Positions 32,339-47,244 of a stretch of DNA of 64,000 nucleotides are shown here, in pieces; the first letter of the stretch is position 1, and the number at the start of each line of letters is the position of its first letter. The notes below the pieces were generated by a model. It did no database searches, was not told the origin of the DNA, and saw nothing but the letters and a program-made list of their open reading frames with translations. The stretch is from a bacterium (GTDB taxonomy: Bacteria; UBA8248), in assembly GCA_965213685.1 (NCBI GenBank), contig CBDBZY010000016.1, positions 288,001 through 352,000 of the forward strand, written 5' to 3'. The position numbers were made by a program, and so were the translations under genes.

Positions 32339-32877
32339 CATGACCATACTCTATGGCTAGCTATAGCTGCTCTTGTGTGTACACGTTCATGTACTCTCAT
32401 ACCTGCCACAATACACACAACATGCACATGTATTTTGATATGGAGTGGATGTAACTGACAAGGACAGTTATTATCAATACAAGCCTTGTTTATATGACAT
32501 TGTTAGCATGACATTGTGTTGGCATGGCAACAGCATATAAATGAGAACCCATCAGTAGTGTGGGTGGAGCCAGAGAGGTCACCAGTGGGTAGCACACACA
32601 GCAGTGATCATCACTGGTTGTCGTGATGAGATGGGCCCCTGTCATCAACTACAATTATTATGGAGTTGCCATGTCCCCAGGCACAGAGCAGTGCTAGCCT
32701 CATTCCCAGGCCTTCCCCCACATGCCAGCACAACACCACACCCAGCATGGTGGAGTGCTTGTGTGTGGGGGGCAGTCTGGGAACAAGGCTAGAGTCATGT
32801 GGATTGATGCATAACAAATGACCATAAACATTATACACTGTAGTGGTGAATGTTATGAGCACTGCTAGTGATGAGTA

Positions 32878-32997
32878 TCATGACTTGTGTTCCTCTGTGG
32901 TGACTGAGTGTTGAGGTGATTGTGGTTCTCTCGGTCTGATCCACAGCAGCGGGAACATTCCAATCAAACATCTGATGATGATACCAGCACAGCGACC
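32878..32997 (-). pseudogene. TMEM65: TMEM65-like last exon (T3), acceptor mutated
   Basis: GRCAGIIIRCLIGMFPLLWI; acceptor cag changed to ctg. Confidence 0.55.
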
Positions 32998-33787
32998 CAG
33001 AGACGGGGGAAGAGGAGGATGAGAAAGGGAGTAACCAGAGGAAGAGATACATGTATGAGAGTGGAAGCAGATAAGCAGGCTGGCAGGCCAAAGGCAGGCA
33101 GACAGATACAGACAGACATGGCATTTTGACTCCATAGAATAACATGACAATGGCTCCCCTTGTGTGGTAGTACAACCTCTTGCACTCTCATACGTGCCAT
33201 ATAGCCTCGTTCCCAGGCTCTTTTCGGGCCTGGATACGAGGCTAACCTAAACATCACATCAACCAGGTCCTTGCACCACCCCACCAGGCGGGCCACTGAA
33301 TGTACCTGGCGTCCAACACTGTTGTTACGCTCAAAATATGCCATTTGCTGACTGAACTAAGTCAAACAATTACATGTACACAATGATCATACCCTAGCAG
33401 ATGGCGGCGGTACTTTAGACCACAGAATATCAATGACTAGACATCATTAGCGTATTCTCACAAGCCTCCAATCTACCTGCATATTTACTAGAGATCTATG
33501 GACCAGCCAAGAATGCGGATAATTATATCACTCAAGCCCGTAGGCAGCAAACGAAGTGGGCGGGTGCTTTTTTTGATTAAGTGGACCTTAAATAAGGCTA
33601 ACTTACTCATTCAGAGAATGTTACAATTACATGAAGTAGTGTGTCATACACTTTTCAAAGGTGGTGTACACTTACAAATTTTTTACAATAAACTGTTAAG
33701 TATCGGGGGTGACTCCTGAACAAAAGTTGAGTGGTTTCTAAGGGCTAAGAATTTGCTGCAGACAAAAGACTGCAGTAGTTAGGGGGG

Positions 33788-33840
33788 TAGTCTCGCGAGC
33801 CATACGTATTTTCAAAACGTAGGCGACGCGCGCGAGACTA
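33788..33840. mobile_element. Nested TAG...CTA mini-element
   Basis: tagtctcgcg/cgcgagacta with ~10-bp TSD gttagggggg/cttagggggg. Confidence 0.65.
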
Positions 33841-34180
33841 CTTAGGGGGGTCTGGGGGCATGAGCCCCCAGGAAAAGTTTGAAAATCAGGCCTCCAGAGA
33901 TTGAATCTGAGCCATATATTGAGCAGTTGTGCAAACAAAATCAAAATTAATGTCACCTTGAATTCTCACCGCTAATAATCAGTACGCACGAGTAGCGCTA
34001 CGCTCGGCGGTAAAAATTAATGGCGGGCAAAGTTTGACCAGTTTCCAGAACCCCCAGAAACCCCCCAGGAGCCGCCACTGAGTATCGTACACACAGACGT
34101 ATAATGCTACTTATATGCGCAAAGACTCTAATTCAAGCATCATTGGTTCACGTACTCACGCAGTACAGTAAGCATGTGGG

Positions 34181-34304
34181 TAGTCTCGTGAACCAGACCG
34201 TATTCCGTGAACGCGCATGCGCGAGCGAAAGGGGGAGGGGAGGAAGGGCTATACTTTCGCTCGCGCATGAGCGTTCACCGAGTACAGTCTGGTTCACGAG
34301 ACTA
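34181..34304. mobile_element. Nested TAG...CTA MITE
   Basis: 18-bp TIR tagtctcgtgaaccagac; flanking repeat agcatgtggg. Confidence 0.7.
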
Positions 34305-34748
34305 CATGTAGCATGTGGGCAAACATGCGTATAATTGTATTACTCAATGCTTTGAAAGTAGGCTCGCTCCGCACGCGTCAAATGCTCAAGGTGGACCTCT
34401 GTGCAAACGGGGCGGGTGCGTACGCACCCTACGCACCCCCCCTGCCTACGAGCTTGTCACTGTTACCTACAATGTACTGCCCATTCGCTACTGCCCGCTA
34501 TTGAACACCAGCACCGTGTAGCGCCATATACGCTAAATATTGATGGTAGCTATTTGCTAAACACCAAAGCTATTTACTAAACATCCACCCCTTTGCTATA
34601 TCCCCTTAAAAATAGGGTTTTCAAATTTGGGCAAACAGCACGTTACAGCATAGATAGCTATCTATGGTCGCAGCAGTGTGGGGGAAGTCCCTACGTTTAG
34701 AACGCGACGCACAGGTATTAGAGCCCACCGGTAGCTTTGCTCATCTAC

Positions 34749-36878
34749 ATGGCTGCCTCTGTAGCCATAGCTGAGGATGTTAGTGCCTCCTCCCTCACCC
34801 CTCGAGACCTCACCCTCCCTGGTAGGTCCCTCCCTCCTGCCATGCCCCTCATCATCTCCACCCAAGACAGGTGGGACCCTCACAGCTGCAAGCTGGAGAC
34901 TCACCAGCACAACAGCCAACCACAATACCTACAGCTAGTCACAGACACTCTACAACTGCTGGGAACCATCAACAAGCCTGTGGCTGTCCTGTCCATCTGT
35001 GGCCCCTACCGCTCGGGGAAGTCCTACTTCATCTCCCGACTGCTGGGCAGGCCTGGGGCCTTTCAGCTGGGCCACAGGATGCAAGCCTGTACACGTGGAA
35101 TCTGGATGGCCACCACTGTCCTGGAGTGTGAGCAGTTTGTCACGATCTTGCTGGACACGGAAGGCATTGATGCCATTAGAGCCTCCGAGACCATGGATGC
35201 GAGCTTGCTGACTGTCACCACACTCCTCAGCTCCTACCTCATCTACAACTCCATGAAGGTGCCCCAGAAGGTGGATCTGGACAAGATGAGGTGCTTCACC
35301 CAGCTCTCCAGGTCTCTGCTTGTGCAGAAAGGGGAGTCCATGAGGGCAGAGGTCATGAGGAAGTTCTTCCCTCACTTTCTGTGGCTGCTGCGAGACGTGA
35401 CACTGAAAGTGATAGACAGAGCCGGCCAGACCATCTCAGCCACTGAGTTCCTGCACACTCGTGTGCTGGCATCACAATCTGGCCAGCCTACAGAGATGGG
35501 CAAGTCTCTTTGCAGCCTCTTCCCCTCACTGGAATGCCACACTCTTCCCATGCCAAGCATCAACCCCAAAGTCATCAAGAACATTGTGGAGCAACAGGAC
35601 AAGCTGAAACCAGCATTCAACAAGGCAGTGGATGAGCTGATCCAGCGAATCCTGCAGCAAGTCATGCCCAAGAAAGCCATCGATGGAGTGAGTGTGGTGG
35701 ATGGCCCAGCTCTAGCTGCTCTGACCTGTGGCTATGTGGATGCCATCAACACGCCAGGAGCAATACCAGACCTGGAACAAGGCTGGCAGGCCGTCATCAA
35801 GTGGAAACTGAAGGAACTATCAGACAAGCTAGTGGAGGAGTACAGGAGAGAGATGGAGGAATGTTTAGGAGAAAATCTTCCCATGGAGGAGAGAAATCTG
35901 ATGAGAATCCACCAACAGACACTGAGCAGGAAAAGGGAGTCACTGCAGCAGGAGATCTGTCGACTCAAGGCATTGAGTTCCACCTCTGGAGACAAAGACC
36001 CAATCCTCAGTCAACTGGAGCAGGCAATCAGTCAGACAAACGAGGGGGGCGAGGTGATTGGGGGGGTCCTGTTCCAGTTCACCACTCACAACTACTCCAA
36101 GTCCAAGCAGCAGTGTGAAGAGGTGCTGATGGAAGCACTGAAGAGCAGTGGAATTTACAAAAAGTGTCAAGAAGCCTTCATCAACTCACAGCCACTGGAC
36201 ATAATGGCAGAGATACAGGAGATTGACAGGCAATACCACAAGCAAGCTGTTGGACCAGCAGCCAGTGAAGTGCTGGAGAAAGGTCACAGAGAACTGAACC
36301 AACTGGGAGACTCACTCAAGAGAATTCCTGGCCCACCTCATGAGGTGAGGGACATTGGACGAGGATCTGATCGAGTGAAGCTGAGGTGGCAACCTCCAAA
36401 GAAGAACCCTGAGGCTGCTGAGAGCTATGTGGTGTGGAAACAAGAGGAGGGGAAGCAGTGGGAGAGGGTGAGGGAGACAAAGAAGACCAAAATCCTCATC
36501 ACTGGACTGAAGTCAGACACAGACTACCAGTTCAGAGTCACAGCCACTAATGACCTGATTAAGAGTGTGGCTACAACACAGGACTCATGTACAATGGAGT
36601 CAAAAGCTAAGGTGGGAGCTCAAGGTGGTGGTAAAGGAGCACTTGCACTTGCATTGTCCCCAGTTTTAGGTTATGATGCTATGACTGAAGGAGACATGAG
36701 TACAAGAAAAGTAGTAGCCATATCACTCGCCACTGCACCAATCAGCCTCATATGTGCTCCAGTTACTGCTACTGTGGGTGCAGTTTGGGCTGCTAGGGAG
36801 TTCATCAAGGAAGAGTGCTACAGTGGAGACCTGTCCCCAGAGAGTGATGATGAGACGTCATGTGACTCCACAGAATGA
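34749..36878 (+). CDS. GBP-FN3-hairpin protein copy G6 (MAASVAIAEDV)
   Basis: Intact ORF. Confidence 0.9.
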   Translation: MAASVAIAEDVSASSLTPRDLTLPGRSLPPAMPLIISTQDRWDPHSCKLETHQHNSQPQYLQLVTDTLQLLGTINKPVAVLSICGPYRSGKSYFISRLLGRPGAFQLGHRMQACTRGIWMATTVLECEQFVTILLDTEGIDAIRASETMDASLLTVTTLLSSYLIYNSMKVPQKVDLDKMRCFTQLSRSLLVQKGESMRAEVMRKFFPHFLWLLRDVTLKVIDRAGQTISATEFLHTRVLASQSGQPTEMGKSLCSLFPSLECHTLPMPSINPKVIKNIVEQQDKLKPAFNKAVDELIQRILQQVMPKKAIDGVSVVDGPALAALTCGYVDAINTPGAIPDLEQGWQAVIKWKLKELSDKLVEEYRREMEECLGENLPMEERNLMRIHQQTLSRKRESLQQEICRLKALSSTSGDKDPILSQLEQAISQTNEGGEVIGGVLFQFTTHNYSKSKQQCEEVLMEALKSSGIYKKCQEAFINSQPLDIMAEIQEIDRQYHKQAVGPAASEVLEKGHRELNQLGDSLKRIPGPPHEVRDIGRGSDRVKLRWQPPKKNPEAAESYVVWKQEEGKQWERVRETKKTKILITGLKSDTDYQFRVTATNDLIKSVATTQDSCTMESKAKVGAQGGGKGALALALSPVLGYDAMTEGDMSTRKVVAISLATAPISLICAPVTATVGAVWAAREFIKEECYSGDLSPESDDETSCDSTE

Positions 36879-37719
36879 CATGACCATACTCTATGGCTAG
36901 CTATAGCTGCTCTTGTGTGTACACGTTCATGTACTCTCATACCTGCCACAATACACACAACATGCACATGTATTTTGATATATTATGGAGTGGATGCAAC
37001 TCAATACAAGCTTTGATACTATGACATTGTGTTGGCATGGCAACAGCAGACCCTGAGTGAGCATCCATAGTGTGGGTGGAGCCAAAGAGGTCACCAGTGG
37101 GTAGCACACACAGCAGTGATCATCACTGGTTGTCATGACGAGATGGGCCATGTAAATAATTACGTAGTTGCTATAACATGTCACTGTCTGTATCGGCTCC
37201 GGGGCAATCTGATTGGTCATTAATAATAATTTTGATTCTTCTCATCACATGATTTGCTTGCATTGTCACATGACTTGGTTTCTGAGTTCTGGTTGGTGGC
37301 TAAATGGTGGCTGCTACTCAACTTCAGTGGCAAAGGTGTGAGGGGGGAGGGGTGAGGAGGGGAGGGGGAGGATGGGGAGGGTGATTGTGAGAGTCTTTTT
37401 GCTCTTGTCAAACTTTGCTCTCCCATTGAGTTGGTCTACTGGGTAAGAGAGGGCCACCTGGAATGAGTTAAGGGAGGGAGGGAAAGAGGGAGAGAGAGGA
37501 AGGGAGGAAGGGAGGAAGGGAGGAAGGGAGTGGGAAAGGGAAGGAGAAAAGGAGAGGGAGGGAGGGGGAAAAGGGAGAGGAAGAGAGGGAGGGAAGGAGA
37601 GGGAGGGAGGGAGGGAGAAGGTAAGATGTTGCTAGGATACATCCAGGAGGTATGGTGGTGTTTTGTTCTGAAGTAGCAGCTGTTTCTCAAACACATCCAA
37701 TTCCACATCTGCTGCAGAG

Positions 37720-37969
<250 letters not shown>

Positions 37970-38112
37970 ATGAAAGAAGAGAGAGAGCTCACCTCCCCCC
38001 CACACAGCCACCCTCCCCTCCACTCACTCACCTGGACCACTCACCACTCCAGGCAGCTCCACACACACTACCATCTCCTTCGGTCTCCTCCCTCTCCTGG
38101 ACCCCCCGTCAT

Positions 38113-38411
38113 CAGGCCTGTAGCCAGGGGGGGGGGGGGTTCGGGTGGTTCGATCGAACCCCCTAAATAATACTCGCCCACAGTGACTTCTCTTACACGA
38201 TGCATGCGTACGCGCTACGCGTAGAGTAAAGATGGCTAGTGGAGCTATGTCCATGGAGACTTCAACTTAGTAGCGTACTTTTAGGGTCAAATATCATTTT
38301 TCATTGTACTGTTGCATTTGGAATGTCGTCAATTGCGGGGCAGCGAGGGTGGGCGGGGCAATGGGTGGGACTTATAGAACCCCCTAAGCTGGGAGGTTGG
38401 CTATGGGCCTG
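38113..38411. mobile_element. hAT-like MITE, same insertion as 23691-23973
   Basis: Same TIRs, same gtcat TSD and same site. Confidence 0.85.
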
Positions 38412-40108
38412 GTCATTAGTGAAGTCCTCCATAGCAACCTCCCCTCTGTAGGTGAGGGTGTAGGATGGTTGGGGAGGGGGGGAGGAGGAGGAGGGGGAGG
38501 AGGTGGAGGAGTGCTTTTTTCTTTTCTCTCTGTTCCTTTTGGTGGGTTTCTTCTCTTTGGGAGTGAGAAATTTGAAAGAGGAGGGAAGGAGAGGGAGGGA
38601 GGGAGGCACAGAGAGAGGGAGGGAGGGAGGCAGGAAGAGAGGGAGAGTAGGCGGCAGCGTATACATAATGCAGTCAAGTGTACATGATTGTGTGTTTGTG
38701 GACTGCACACAATGTACATGTGCAATACAACAATAATAGAGTTGCTAGGTTACCACATGAGGTCACTCACTCTGTGCTGTCTGAGCTGAGGGGAGGGTAT
38801 GGGATAGGGAATGGGAGGGAGGAGGAGGAGGAGGAGGAGGAGGAGGAGGAGGTGGGGGAGGAGGAAGAGGAGGAGGAGGAGGAGGTGGGGGAGGAGGAGA
38901 AGGAAGGAGAGGAGGCACCTTTGGACTGGAGGAGAGAGAGAAGAGGGTCAGTCACTCACTCACACAAAAATTCCTCCTTCTCTATTGGGTCAAACGTAAG
39001 GCCTGATGCTGCATATTCCTGCATGTACCCTTTGGTGCAAGCTTTCTAAATTTGGCAACAGTTGCATAGTAAATTTGGTAACATTACATCATGACAATGC
39101 TTTCCCTTCATAACTAACTTTTGAATGCTTTTTTTATTTTCCCTGATGACAGTTGGGTGTGGTTTGCCCTTATAAGGCATCTTGAGGAACTTCATTTTGG
39201 CGGTGTCGACCTTTCCCCCGTCCTTTGTCTCTATGGCTTCAATCACCGTGTCGATCAGCAGCTGCATGAACCTGGGATACTAGGGAGAGGAGGAGGGGGG
39301 AGGGGAAGGAGGGAGGGAGGGAGGAAGAGAGGGAGGGGAGGAGGGGAGGAGGGAGGGAGGGAGGGAGGGAGGGCGGAATGGGGAAATTTGCAACACACCA
39401 CAAAACTTGGTCAGTAGTGATGTGTACATGGATCACAGTGTTGAGCATGCAATGATCATGTGATGATCACATGGTGGTCATGTGACTCCTACCTTCTGCC
39501 CTCTCTTGTAGATGTGTGGGTTGAACACCATGTCAATCACCACACACCTCTTCCCAGCTGCAGGGAGGCAGGGAGGGAGGGAGGGAGCAGCGGCTGAGAA
39601 TGATCACCAGTGCACTCAGAAATACACCCCTCCCTCCCTACATCCCTCCCACTATCCTCACATCCCTCCCTTACTTTCTCCCTCCCTCCCTCCCTCCCTC
39701 CCTCCCTCCCTCCCTCCATCCCCCTATCCCCACCTCCCTCACATTCTCCCTCTCTTCCTCCCCCCTCCATCCATCCCCTCTCCCCCCCCTCCCTCCCAAC
39801 ATCCCTTTCTCCCTCCCTTCCTCCCTCCCTCTCTCTCCTCCTTTCTCCCCCCCTCCCTCCCTCTCTCTCCCCCTCCCCCCCCTCCCCCCCTCCCTCCCTC
39901 CTTCCCCCCCTCCCACACACTTGTCCAGGTCCTCTCTGTCGGGGGTGATGGAGTACGGGATCTGCCACTGCTACCCACGTTTCTTACTGCTCCCTTTACC
40001 AGCCACACATGTTGCCGTAGAAACCACATCACTCTGACAGGCATTAATGAATGTCTTGCGGTGACCAGGTTCAACAAATACCTTCATTACGAACCCAGGC
40101 TGTGTGTG

Positions 40109-40221
<113 letters not shown>

Positions 40222-40422
40222 AAAAGAGAGAGCAAAACTATAAAAGAAAAGTTGGCCAAATGTCGGCCGAAGTTGGACAAGCGATTCAGTCATATTCCTG
40301 TGACCCTTATCAGTGACAAAATAATTTATGGCCAGTGTACATTGATTAGTATTAAAGTTACAGTAACACACAACTGCACATGGAGAAAGGCTTGGGAATA
40401 TTTTTAGAGAACTGTGAAAAAC

Positions 40423-40494
40423 TGGCAGCCACCTGGGATTGAACCGGGGGCCTCTGACTTCTGTCAGTGCTCTACCACCTGAGCTATGGCCACC
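40423..40494 (-). pseudogene. tRNA-like element (tRNA pseudogene or SINE head)
   Basis: GGTGGCC/GGCTGCC acceptor stem, A box TAGCTCAGGTGG, B box GGTTCAATCCC; anticodon loop only 4 nt (CTGAC-AGAA-GTCAG). Confidence 0.65.
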
Positions 40495-40576
40495 GGGTGA
40501 CAGCCAGCCTTCACAATTCTCAATATCACTCCGTACATATATGTGCACATATCATGCACACACGTCCTAACAGTAG

Positions 40577-41124
40577 GGGGTCGGCCCAGCACAGCCAGCA
40601 AGGCCGGTACTGGTGGGGGGTCGGCCCAGCACAGCCGGCGAGGCCGGTACTGGTGGGGGGTCAGCTCAGCACAGCCAATACTGGTGGGGGGTCAGCCCAG
40701 CACAGCCGGCGAGGCCGGTACTGGTGGAGGGTCGGCCCAGCACAGCCGGCGAGGCCGGTACTGGTGGGGGGTCGGCCCAGCACAGCCGGCGAGGCCGGTA
40801 CTGGTGGGGGGTCGGCCCAGCACAGCCGGCGAGGCCGGTACTGGTGGGGGGTCGGCCCAGCACAGCCGGCGAGGCCGGTACTGGTGGGGGGTCGGCCCAG
40901 CACAGCCGGCGAGGCCGGTACTGGTGGGGGGTCGGCCCAGCACAGCCGGCGAGGCCGGTACTGGTGGGGGGTCGGCCCAGCACAGCCGGCGAGGCCGGTA
41001 CTGGTGGGGGGTCGGCCCAGCACAGCCGGCGAGGCCGGTACTGGTGGAGGGTCGGCCCAGCACAGCCGGCGAGGCCGGTACTGGTGGAGGGTCGGCCCAG
41101 CACAGCTGGTGAGGCCGGTACTGG
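40577..41124. repeat. GC-rich 40-bp minisatellite, ~13-14 units
   Basis: Unit ggtcggcccagcacagccggcgaggccggtactggtgggg, head-to-tail with no spacers. Confidence 0.95.
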
Positions 41125-41272
41125 CATCCTGTGCACTGAGTGGCTCCTCAACAGCCTGGCCTGAGGGTTGCCATGGAGACCAGGGAGGTGTGGTTCTGTA
41201 ATGCCCACGTACCAGTCTTGGCTAGTATGGCATGCCACACACCATCAGGTGATACCAGCACAAGCAGCAGAG

Positions 41273-41366
<94 letters not shown>

Positions 41367-42156
41367 AGGTGAGTGTCTGCCTCCCTCCCTCCCTCACTGT
41401 GGGGTTGATGAACTTGACCTCCTGCCCTCTCATCCTCTCCAGCTCAGTCATCTCATGCTCATAGCGCTGGAGATGAGAGAGACAAAGAAAGTAAGCTCTC
41501 TCCCTCTCTCTCTCTGTCTCCCTCCTTCCTTTCTCCACAAAACTCACTCTCCTGTTCTCTGGGTCCTCAATCTCTTTTGCATACTCCACAAGCAGCTTCC
41601 GAAACTCCTCCTCCTTCAGAGCCTTTTGGAAGGACTTGATCTCCTGTGGAGGCAGAGACTGGAGGTGGGGACACACTCGCTGGCCAGACAGAGACATAAG
41701 GCATTTGGCTAACGGGCTAGCGAGACTACACGCAGAGGAACGCAGTGACGAGTGCAGCTGGAGGGAAATGCTGTTAGAAAAAGCTGATTAAAATGTGAGT
41801 TCTTGTTCATGCGAGGCATGGCAACGGATACCCACTGACTGGTGCAGAGCTACAGTGGCATTCTAATTAAAGCACACCAGTAGCTATGCCAGTTGCAAGA
41901 GGTAAATACTCCTCCACAGCGCGCTCGACCTCTCGTTCGGTACGACCTCGCCAGTCTCACCTCTTCCGTCACCTTAAAGTCTGCCATAGCAGCGGAAGAA
42001 TCGCCACACGGTCTGGGCAAACACGAAAGCAAAGTATACTAACGTGTACGGTGAGTTGCTTCCGTGTATGTCGAGTATCCGGTAAATGGGTGGGGCTGTA
42101 GTACGAGTTGCAGCTCACAGTAGTGTGGCTTACTGAGCTAGGAGAAAAGCGTAGCG

Positions 42157-44093
<1,937 letters not shown>

Positions 44094-44315
44094 CCTGTGT
44101 ATTGTGTCATTATCTGTACTACCACTATTACATCATGGTTTAAAATGACCAATCAAAACCTACTGCCCATATAAGGATCCCCTGCTGCTACAACCCTGAC
44201 ATGAATATAATTATGGTTTGCTATGCTTAGCAATTCTATAACGTGTAGCAAGAGAGAAGCACTAGAAATCACCACTTTCTCATTGCCTCGCTCCAGTACC
44301 AAACAGCTACCAGCG

Positions 44316-46430
44316 ATGGCTAAGAAGCAGGAAGTTCCCTCCCTCACCCCTCGAGACCTCACCCTCCCTGGTAGGTCCCTCCCTCCTGCCATGCCCCTCA
44401 TCATCTCCACCCAAGACAGGTGGGACCCTCACAGCTGCAAGCTGGAGACTCACCAGCACAACAGCCAACCACAACACCTACAGATAGTCACAGACACTCT
44501 ACAGCTGCTGGGAACCATCAACAAGCCTGTGGCTGTCCTGTCCATCTGTGGCCCCTACCGCTCAGGGAAGTCCTACTTCATCTCCCGACTGCTGGGCAGG
44601 CCTGGGACCTTTCAGCTGGGCCACAGGATGCAAGCCTGTACACATGGAATCTGGATGGCCACCACTGTCCTGGAGTGTGAGCAGTTTGCCATAATAATGC
44701 TAGATACAGAAGGTATCGATGCCATTAGAGCCTCTGAGACCATGGCCATGAGCCTGCTGACTGTCACCACACTCCTCAGCTCCTACCTCATCTACAACTC
44801 CAAGAAGGTGCCCCAGAAGGTGGACCTGGACAAGATGAGGTGCTTCACCCAGCTCTCCAGGTCTCTGCTCGTGCAGAAAGGGGAGTCCATGAGGGCAGAG
44901 ATCATGAGGAAGTTCTTCCCTCACTTTCTGTGGCTACTGCGAGATGTGACACTGAAAGTGACAGACAGAGTTGGCCAGACCATCTCAGCCACTGAGTTCC
45001 TGCACACTCGTGTGCTGGCATCAGAAGCTGGCCAGCCTACAGAGCTGGGCAAGTCTCTTTGCAGCCTCTTCCCCTCACTGGAATGCCACACTCTTCCCAT
45101 GCCAAGCATCAACCCCAAAGTCATCAAGAACATTGTGGAGCAACAGGACAAGCTCAAACCAGCATTCAACAAGGCAGTGGATGAACTGATCCAGCGAATC
45201 CTGCAGCAAGTCACGCCCAAGAAAGCCATCGATGGAGTGAGTGTGGTGGATGGCCCAGCTCTAGCTGCTCTGACCCGTGGCTATGTGGATGCCATCAACA
45301 CACCAGGAGCAATACCAGACCTGGAACAAGGCTGGCAGGCTGTCATCAAGTGGAAACTGAAGGAACTATCACACAAGCTAGTGGAGGAGTACAGGAGAGA
45401 GATGGAGGAATGTTTAGGAGACAATCTTCCAATGGAGGAGAGGAATCTGATGAGAATCCACCAACAGACACTGAGCAGGAAAAGAGAGTCACTGCAGCAG
45501 GAGATCCGTCGACTCAAGCCATTGAGTTCCACCTCTGGAGACAAAGACCCAGTCCTCAGTCAACTGGAGCAGGCAATCAGTCAGACAAACGAGGGGGGTG
45601 AGGTGATTGGGGGGGTCCTGTTCCAGTTCACCACTCACAACTACTCCAAGTCCAAGCAGCAGTGTGAAGAGGTGCTGGTGGAAGCAGTGAAGAGCAGTGG
45701 AATACGCAAGAAGTGTCAGGAAGCCTTCATCACCTCACAGCCACTGGACATAATGGCAGAGATACAGGAGATTGACAGGCAATACCACAGGCAAGCTGTT
45801 GGACCAGCAGCCAGTGAAGTGCTGGAGAAAGGCCACAGAGAACTGAACCAGCTGGGAGACTCACTCAAGAGAATTCCTGGCCCACCTAGTGAGGTGGAGG
45901 TCATTGGAAAGGGACCTGATCGAGTGAAGCTGAGCTGGCAACCTCCAGAGAAGAACCCTGAGGCTGCTGAGAGCTATGTGGTGTGGAAACAAGAGGAGGG
46001 GATGGAGTGGGAGAGGGTGAGGGAGACAAAGAAGACCAAAATCCTCATCACTGGACTGAAGTCAGGGACAAAGTACCAGTTCAGAGTCACAGCCACTAAT
46101 GACCTGATTAAGAGTGTGACTATAACACAGGACTCACAGACATTGTGGTCAAAAGCTAAGATGGGAGCTATTGCTGGTGGTGCAGGAGCAATTGGTCTGT
46201 CTCTGATGCCAGTTGCACTTGCTATTCATGTTATGAGTGATAAAAAAATGAGTATAAAAATGGCAGTAGCCATATCAGTCGCCACTGCACCAATCAACCT
46301 CATATGTGCTCCAGTTACTGCTACTGTGGGTGGAGTTTGGTTTGCTAGGCAAATGATCAATTTGTGCTACCACAGTGGAGACCTGTCCCCAGAGAGTGAT
46401 GATGAGACGTCATGTGACTCCACAGAATGA
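44316..46430 (+). CDS. GBP-FN3-hairpin protein copy G7 (MAKKQEV)
   Basis: Intact ORF (upstream ATG at 44223); G2 motif variant CTHGIW. Confidence 0.9.
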   Translation: MAKKQEVPSLTPRDLTLPGRSLPPAMPLIISTQDRWDPHSCKLETHQHNSQPQHLQIVTDTLQLLGTINKPVAVLSICGPYRSGKSYFISRLLGRPGTFQLGHRMQACTHGIWMATTVLECEQFAIIMLDTEGIDAIRASETMAMSLLTVTTLLSSYLIYNSKKVPQKVDLDKMRCFTQLSRSLLVQKGESMRAEIMRKFFPHFLWLLRDVTLKVTDRVGQTISATEFLHTRVLASEAGQPTELGKSLCSLFPSLECHTLPMPSINPKVIKNIVEQQDKLKPAFNKAVDELIQRILQQVTPKKAIDGVSVVDGPALAALTRGYVDAINTPGAIPDLEQGWQAVIKWKLKELSHKLVEEYRREMEECLGDNLPMEERNLMRIHQQTLSRKRESLQQEIRRLKPLSSTSGDKDPVLSQLEQAISQTNEGGEVIGGVLFQFTTHNYSKSKQQCEEVLVEAVKSSGIRKKCQEAFITSQPLDIMAEIQEIDRQYHRQAVGPAASEVLEKGHRELNQLGDSLKRIPGPPSEVEVIGKGPDRVKLSWQPPEKNPEAAESYVVWKQEEGMEWERVRETKKTKILITGLKSGTKYQFRVTATNDLIKSVTITQDSQTLWSKAKMGAIAGGAGAIGLSLMPVALAIHVMSDKKMSIKMAVAISVATAPINLICAPVTATVGGVWFARQMINLCYHSGDLSPESDDETSCDSTE

Positions 46431-46975
46431 CATGACCATACTCTATGGCTAACTATAGCTGCTCTTGTGTGTACACATTCATGTACTCTCATACCTGCCA
46501 CAATACACACAACATGCACATGTATTTTGATATGGAGTGGATGTAACTGACAAGGACAGTTATTGCCAATACAAGCCTTGTTTATATGACATTGTTAGCA
46601 TGACATTGTGTTGGCATGGCAACAGCATATAAATGAGAACCCATCAGTAGTGTGGGTGGAGCCAGAGAGGTCACCAGTGGGTAGCACACACAGCAGTGAT
46701 CATCACTGGTTGTCATGATGAGATGGGCCCCTGTCATCAAATCAACCACAATTATTATGGAGTTGCCATGTCCCCAGCCACAGAGCAGTGCTAGCCTCAT
46801 TCCCTGGCCTTCCCCCACATGCCAGCACAACACCACACCCAGCATGGTGGAGTGCTTGTGTGTGGAGGGCAGTCTGGGAAGAAGGCTAGAGTGATGTGGA
46901 TTGAATGACCATAAACTAATTATTATACACTGTACATGTAGTGGTGAGTGTTATGAGCACTGCTAGTGATGAGTA

Positions 46976-47093
46976 TCATGACTTGTGTTCCTGTGTTGAC
47001 TGAGTGTTGAGGTGATTGTGGTTCTCTTGGCCTGATCCACAGCAGTGGAAACATTCCAATCAAACATCTGATGATGATACCAGCACAGCGACC
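46976..47093 (-). pseudogene. TMEM65: TMEM65-like last exon (T4)
   Basis: Homologous to T1-T3, with a small deletion near its end. Confidence 0.55.
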
Positions 47094-47213
47094 CTGAGAC
47101 GGGAGAAGAGGAGGATGAGAAAGAGAGTGAGTACATTAAAACACCAGAGAAAGGAAGGAGAGAGGCAGGCAGGCAGGCAGGCAGGCAAGCAGACAAGCAA
47201 CCAAGCAAGTAGG

Positions 47214-47244
<31 letters not shown>

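Larger units (their letters stand above)
33533..34456. mobile_element. 924-bp non-autonomous hAT-like element with 5-bp TSD
   Basis: TIR caagcccgtaggcag/ctgcctacgagcttg, TSD tcact; empty site at 11346-11350. Confidence 0.85.

Noticed and set aside
40467-41238. CRISPR array, or repeat-protein ORFs of 120-244 aa
   Set aside because: Contiguous 40-bp units without unique spacers; frames are open only because the unit lacks stop codons; the region is intronic.
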